This document shows positions 62,564 through 64,000 of a DNA stretch of 64,000 bases, piece after piece. The notes under the pieces are model-generated. The model saw only the letters and a list, made by a program, of their open reading frames with translations, had not been told where the DNA came from and did no database searches. This DNA is from Leucoraja ocellata (Eukaryota): the NCBI GenBank assembly GCA_036785375.1, contig JAWMAR010000028.1:6696001-6760000 (forward strand). Reading direction: 5' to 3'. Numbering within the stretch: position 1 is the first letter of the stretch; each line of letters opens with the position of its first letter. A program made the position numbers and the translations under genes.

Positions 62564-63014
62564 TGCACGCATTACAATTTGAAGGAGAAAAAAAGACAGA
62601 AATATTGAATTGATAATTTTTCAAATTAGGCAAACAATTTACAGCCTTCGAATATTATAATATATTTTTTCAACGTTTAATTCAATGTTTTTTTGAGATG
62701 TTATATGGTGGAACAGCACCTCTAAAATGTTAAAATACATTATTTTGTTTTCCGACCACATGATTATTGTGCACGATTATTATAAACACTTATGTTTATT
62801 AATCATGTGTACTGGCACCTTTTAGTCCACAAAGAAAACACTGTCCTAAACTGTTTATAATGAATTAAGTACTTTTGAACCGGTCACTGGAAATGGCAGT
62901 TAATTGAGTTCTATAAGCTGCAAACTACACTAAAATCAAGTTGAATGGTTAGGTAGCCTCTCAGGCATGTAGCCTCCTCCTACCTGCTACCTCTTCCTGT
63001 TTTTTTTTAAATTT

Positions 63015-63180
63015 TATGGCAAGATATTATTTAGTGATGTTGTATAAGGAATACCTCTTGGGCAGTAAACCAGCTGGAACTCACCTGCTCTTATTTGAAG
63101 TGTTATGAGATCATTTACATCCATGCAAGGAGTAAAGCCAGGATTTCAATTTGACATTTCATTTGAAAAACACCACCTCT
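63015..63180 (-). mobile_element. Deu-domain SINE fragment
   Basis: Minus strand GGATGTAAATGATCTCAT..AAGAGCAGGTGAGTT..ACAACATCACTAAA resembles the DeuSINE central domain. Confidence 0.55.
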
Positions 63181-64000
63181 ATCAGTATGAAACCCAAAGT
63201 GCTGGAATAACTCAGCGGGTCAGGCAGCATCTCTGGAGAACATGGATAGGTGACAATTTGGGTCTGGCCCCTCCTTCAGGCAGCACCTATCCATGTTCCA
63301 TGAGTTGCTCCAGCACTTTGTGTCTTTTTCTTGTCAACCAACATCTGCAGATACTTTCATCTCCAGAGATTCTGCCTGACCTGCTGAGTTACTCAGGCAC
63401 TGTGTCTTTTTTTCTCAAAAAAATGCTGCCTGACCTGCTGAGTTACACCAACACTCTCCCTCTTTCTGTGTTTAAGGACACCTTTTTCAACAGGGAGAGA
63501 CTGAGTTCCTTGCTTTTATCTCTGACAGTATGCCATTCGATGTAGTTTATGCACTGACATTTCTGTTCCTAGAATCCTGACCACTACAAGTAAATGTTTT
63601 TTTTTTATCCCACAGCCATGATTGCTATTAAAGAAAACATCATTTATATGTTTCTTATATCTCATATTCTATGGAGGTGAGAGGGAGGCTAGGTTTAAAG
63701 GAGATGCGCGGGGAACATCTTTTACACCAACTACCAGAACATTCTCAGTAATCCTGTCCCCTCAATTATTTGCCGATAACCCCATCTCTCTCACATGCCC
63801 ATCAGCGCTCTCCCCCCGTTCTACATTGGGTACAATTTATCGTAGCTAGTAAACCTTTCAGTACCACTTTGTGATTTTGGACGATACCAGAACAGTCAAG
63901 GGAGCACTGGGAGAACGCATAAACTTTGTACAGATGGCAACTAAGATCAGAATTGAATCTGGGCCACTGGAGGCCTGTGGCAGCAACACTATTGAATTAT

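Noticed and set aside
63080-63150. Minus-strand exon with strong CAG|GTGAGT donor
   Set aside because: Lies within a Deu-SINE-like sequence with no convincing acceptor or frame.

Overview
Repeat-dense eukaryotic genomic DNA, most likely from a cartilaginous fish (skate/shark-like; inferred from HE1/V-SINE-, Deu-SINE- and CR1-type repeats). No intact host gene, rRNA, CRISPR or prokaryotic feature is supported. It is dominated by mostly decayed mobile elements: two LTR-bounded CsRn1-type Gypsy elements (tRNA-Trp PBS, 4-bp TSD), a third CsRn1-type fragment, an old Mag-type Gypsy carrying five-level nested insertions, Penelope-like elements, Rex1/Babar, RTE, RTE-X, Tx1, CR1 and L2 LINE pieces, Academ-like DNA transposons, Harbinger and Tc1/mariner MITEs and a Helitron. 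The most interesting signals are: (i) more than a dozen short Penelope-derived units that begin at a hammerhead-ribozyme core (CTGANGA-stem II-GAAAC), several with their own 10-15 bp TSDs; (ii) an Academ-like element with three phase-consistent spliced transposase exons and a CTCF-like motif; (iii) an unrecognised convergent accessory ORF family beside an Academ-like right end; (iv) a composite MITE full of palindromes with a captured tRNA-like sequence. A few weak candidate host exons are listed at low confidence. All family names come from motif recognition, not database searches.
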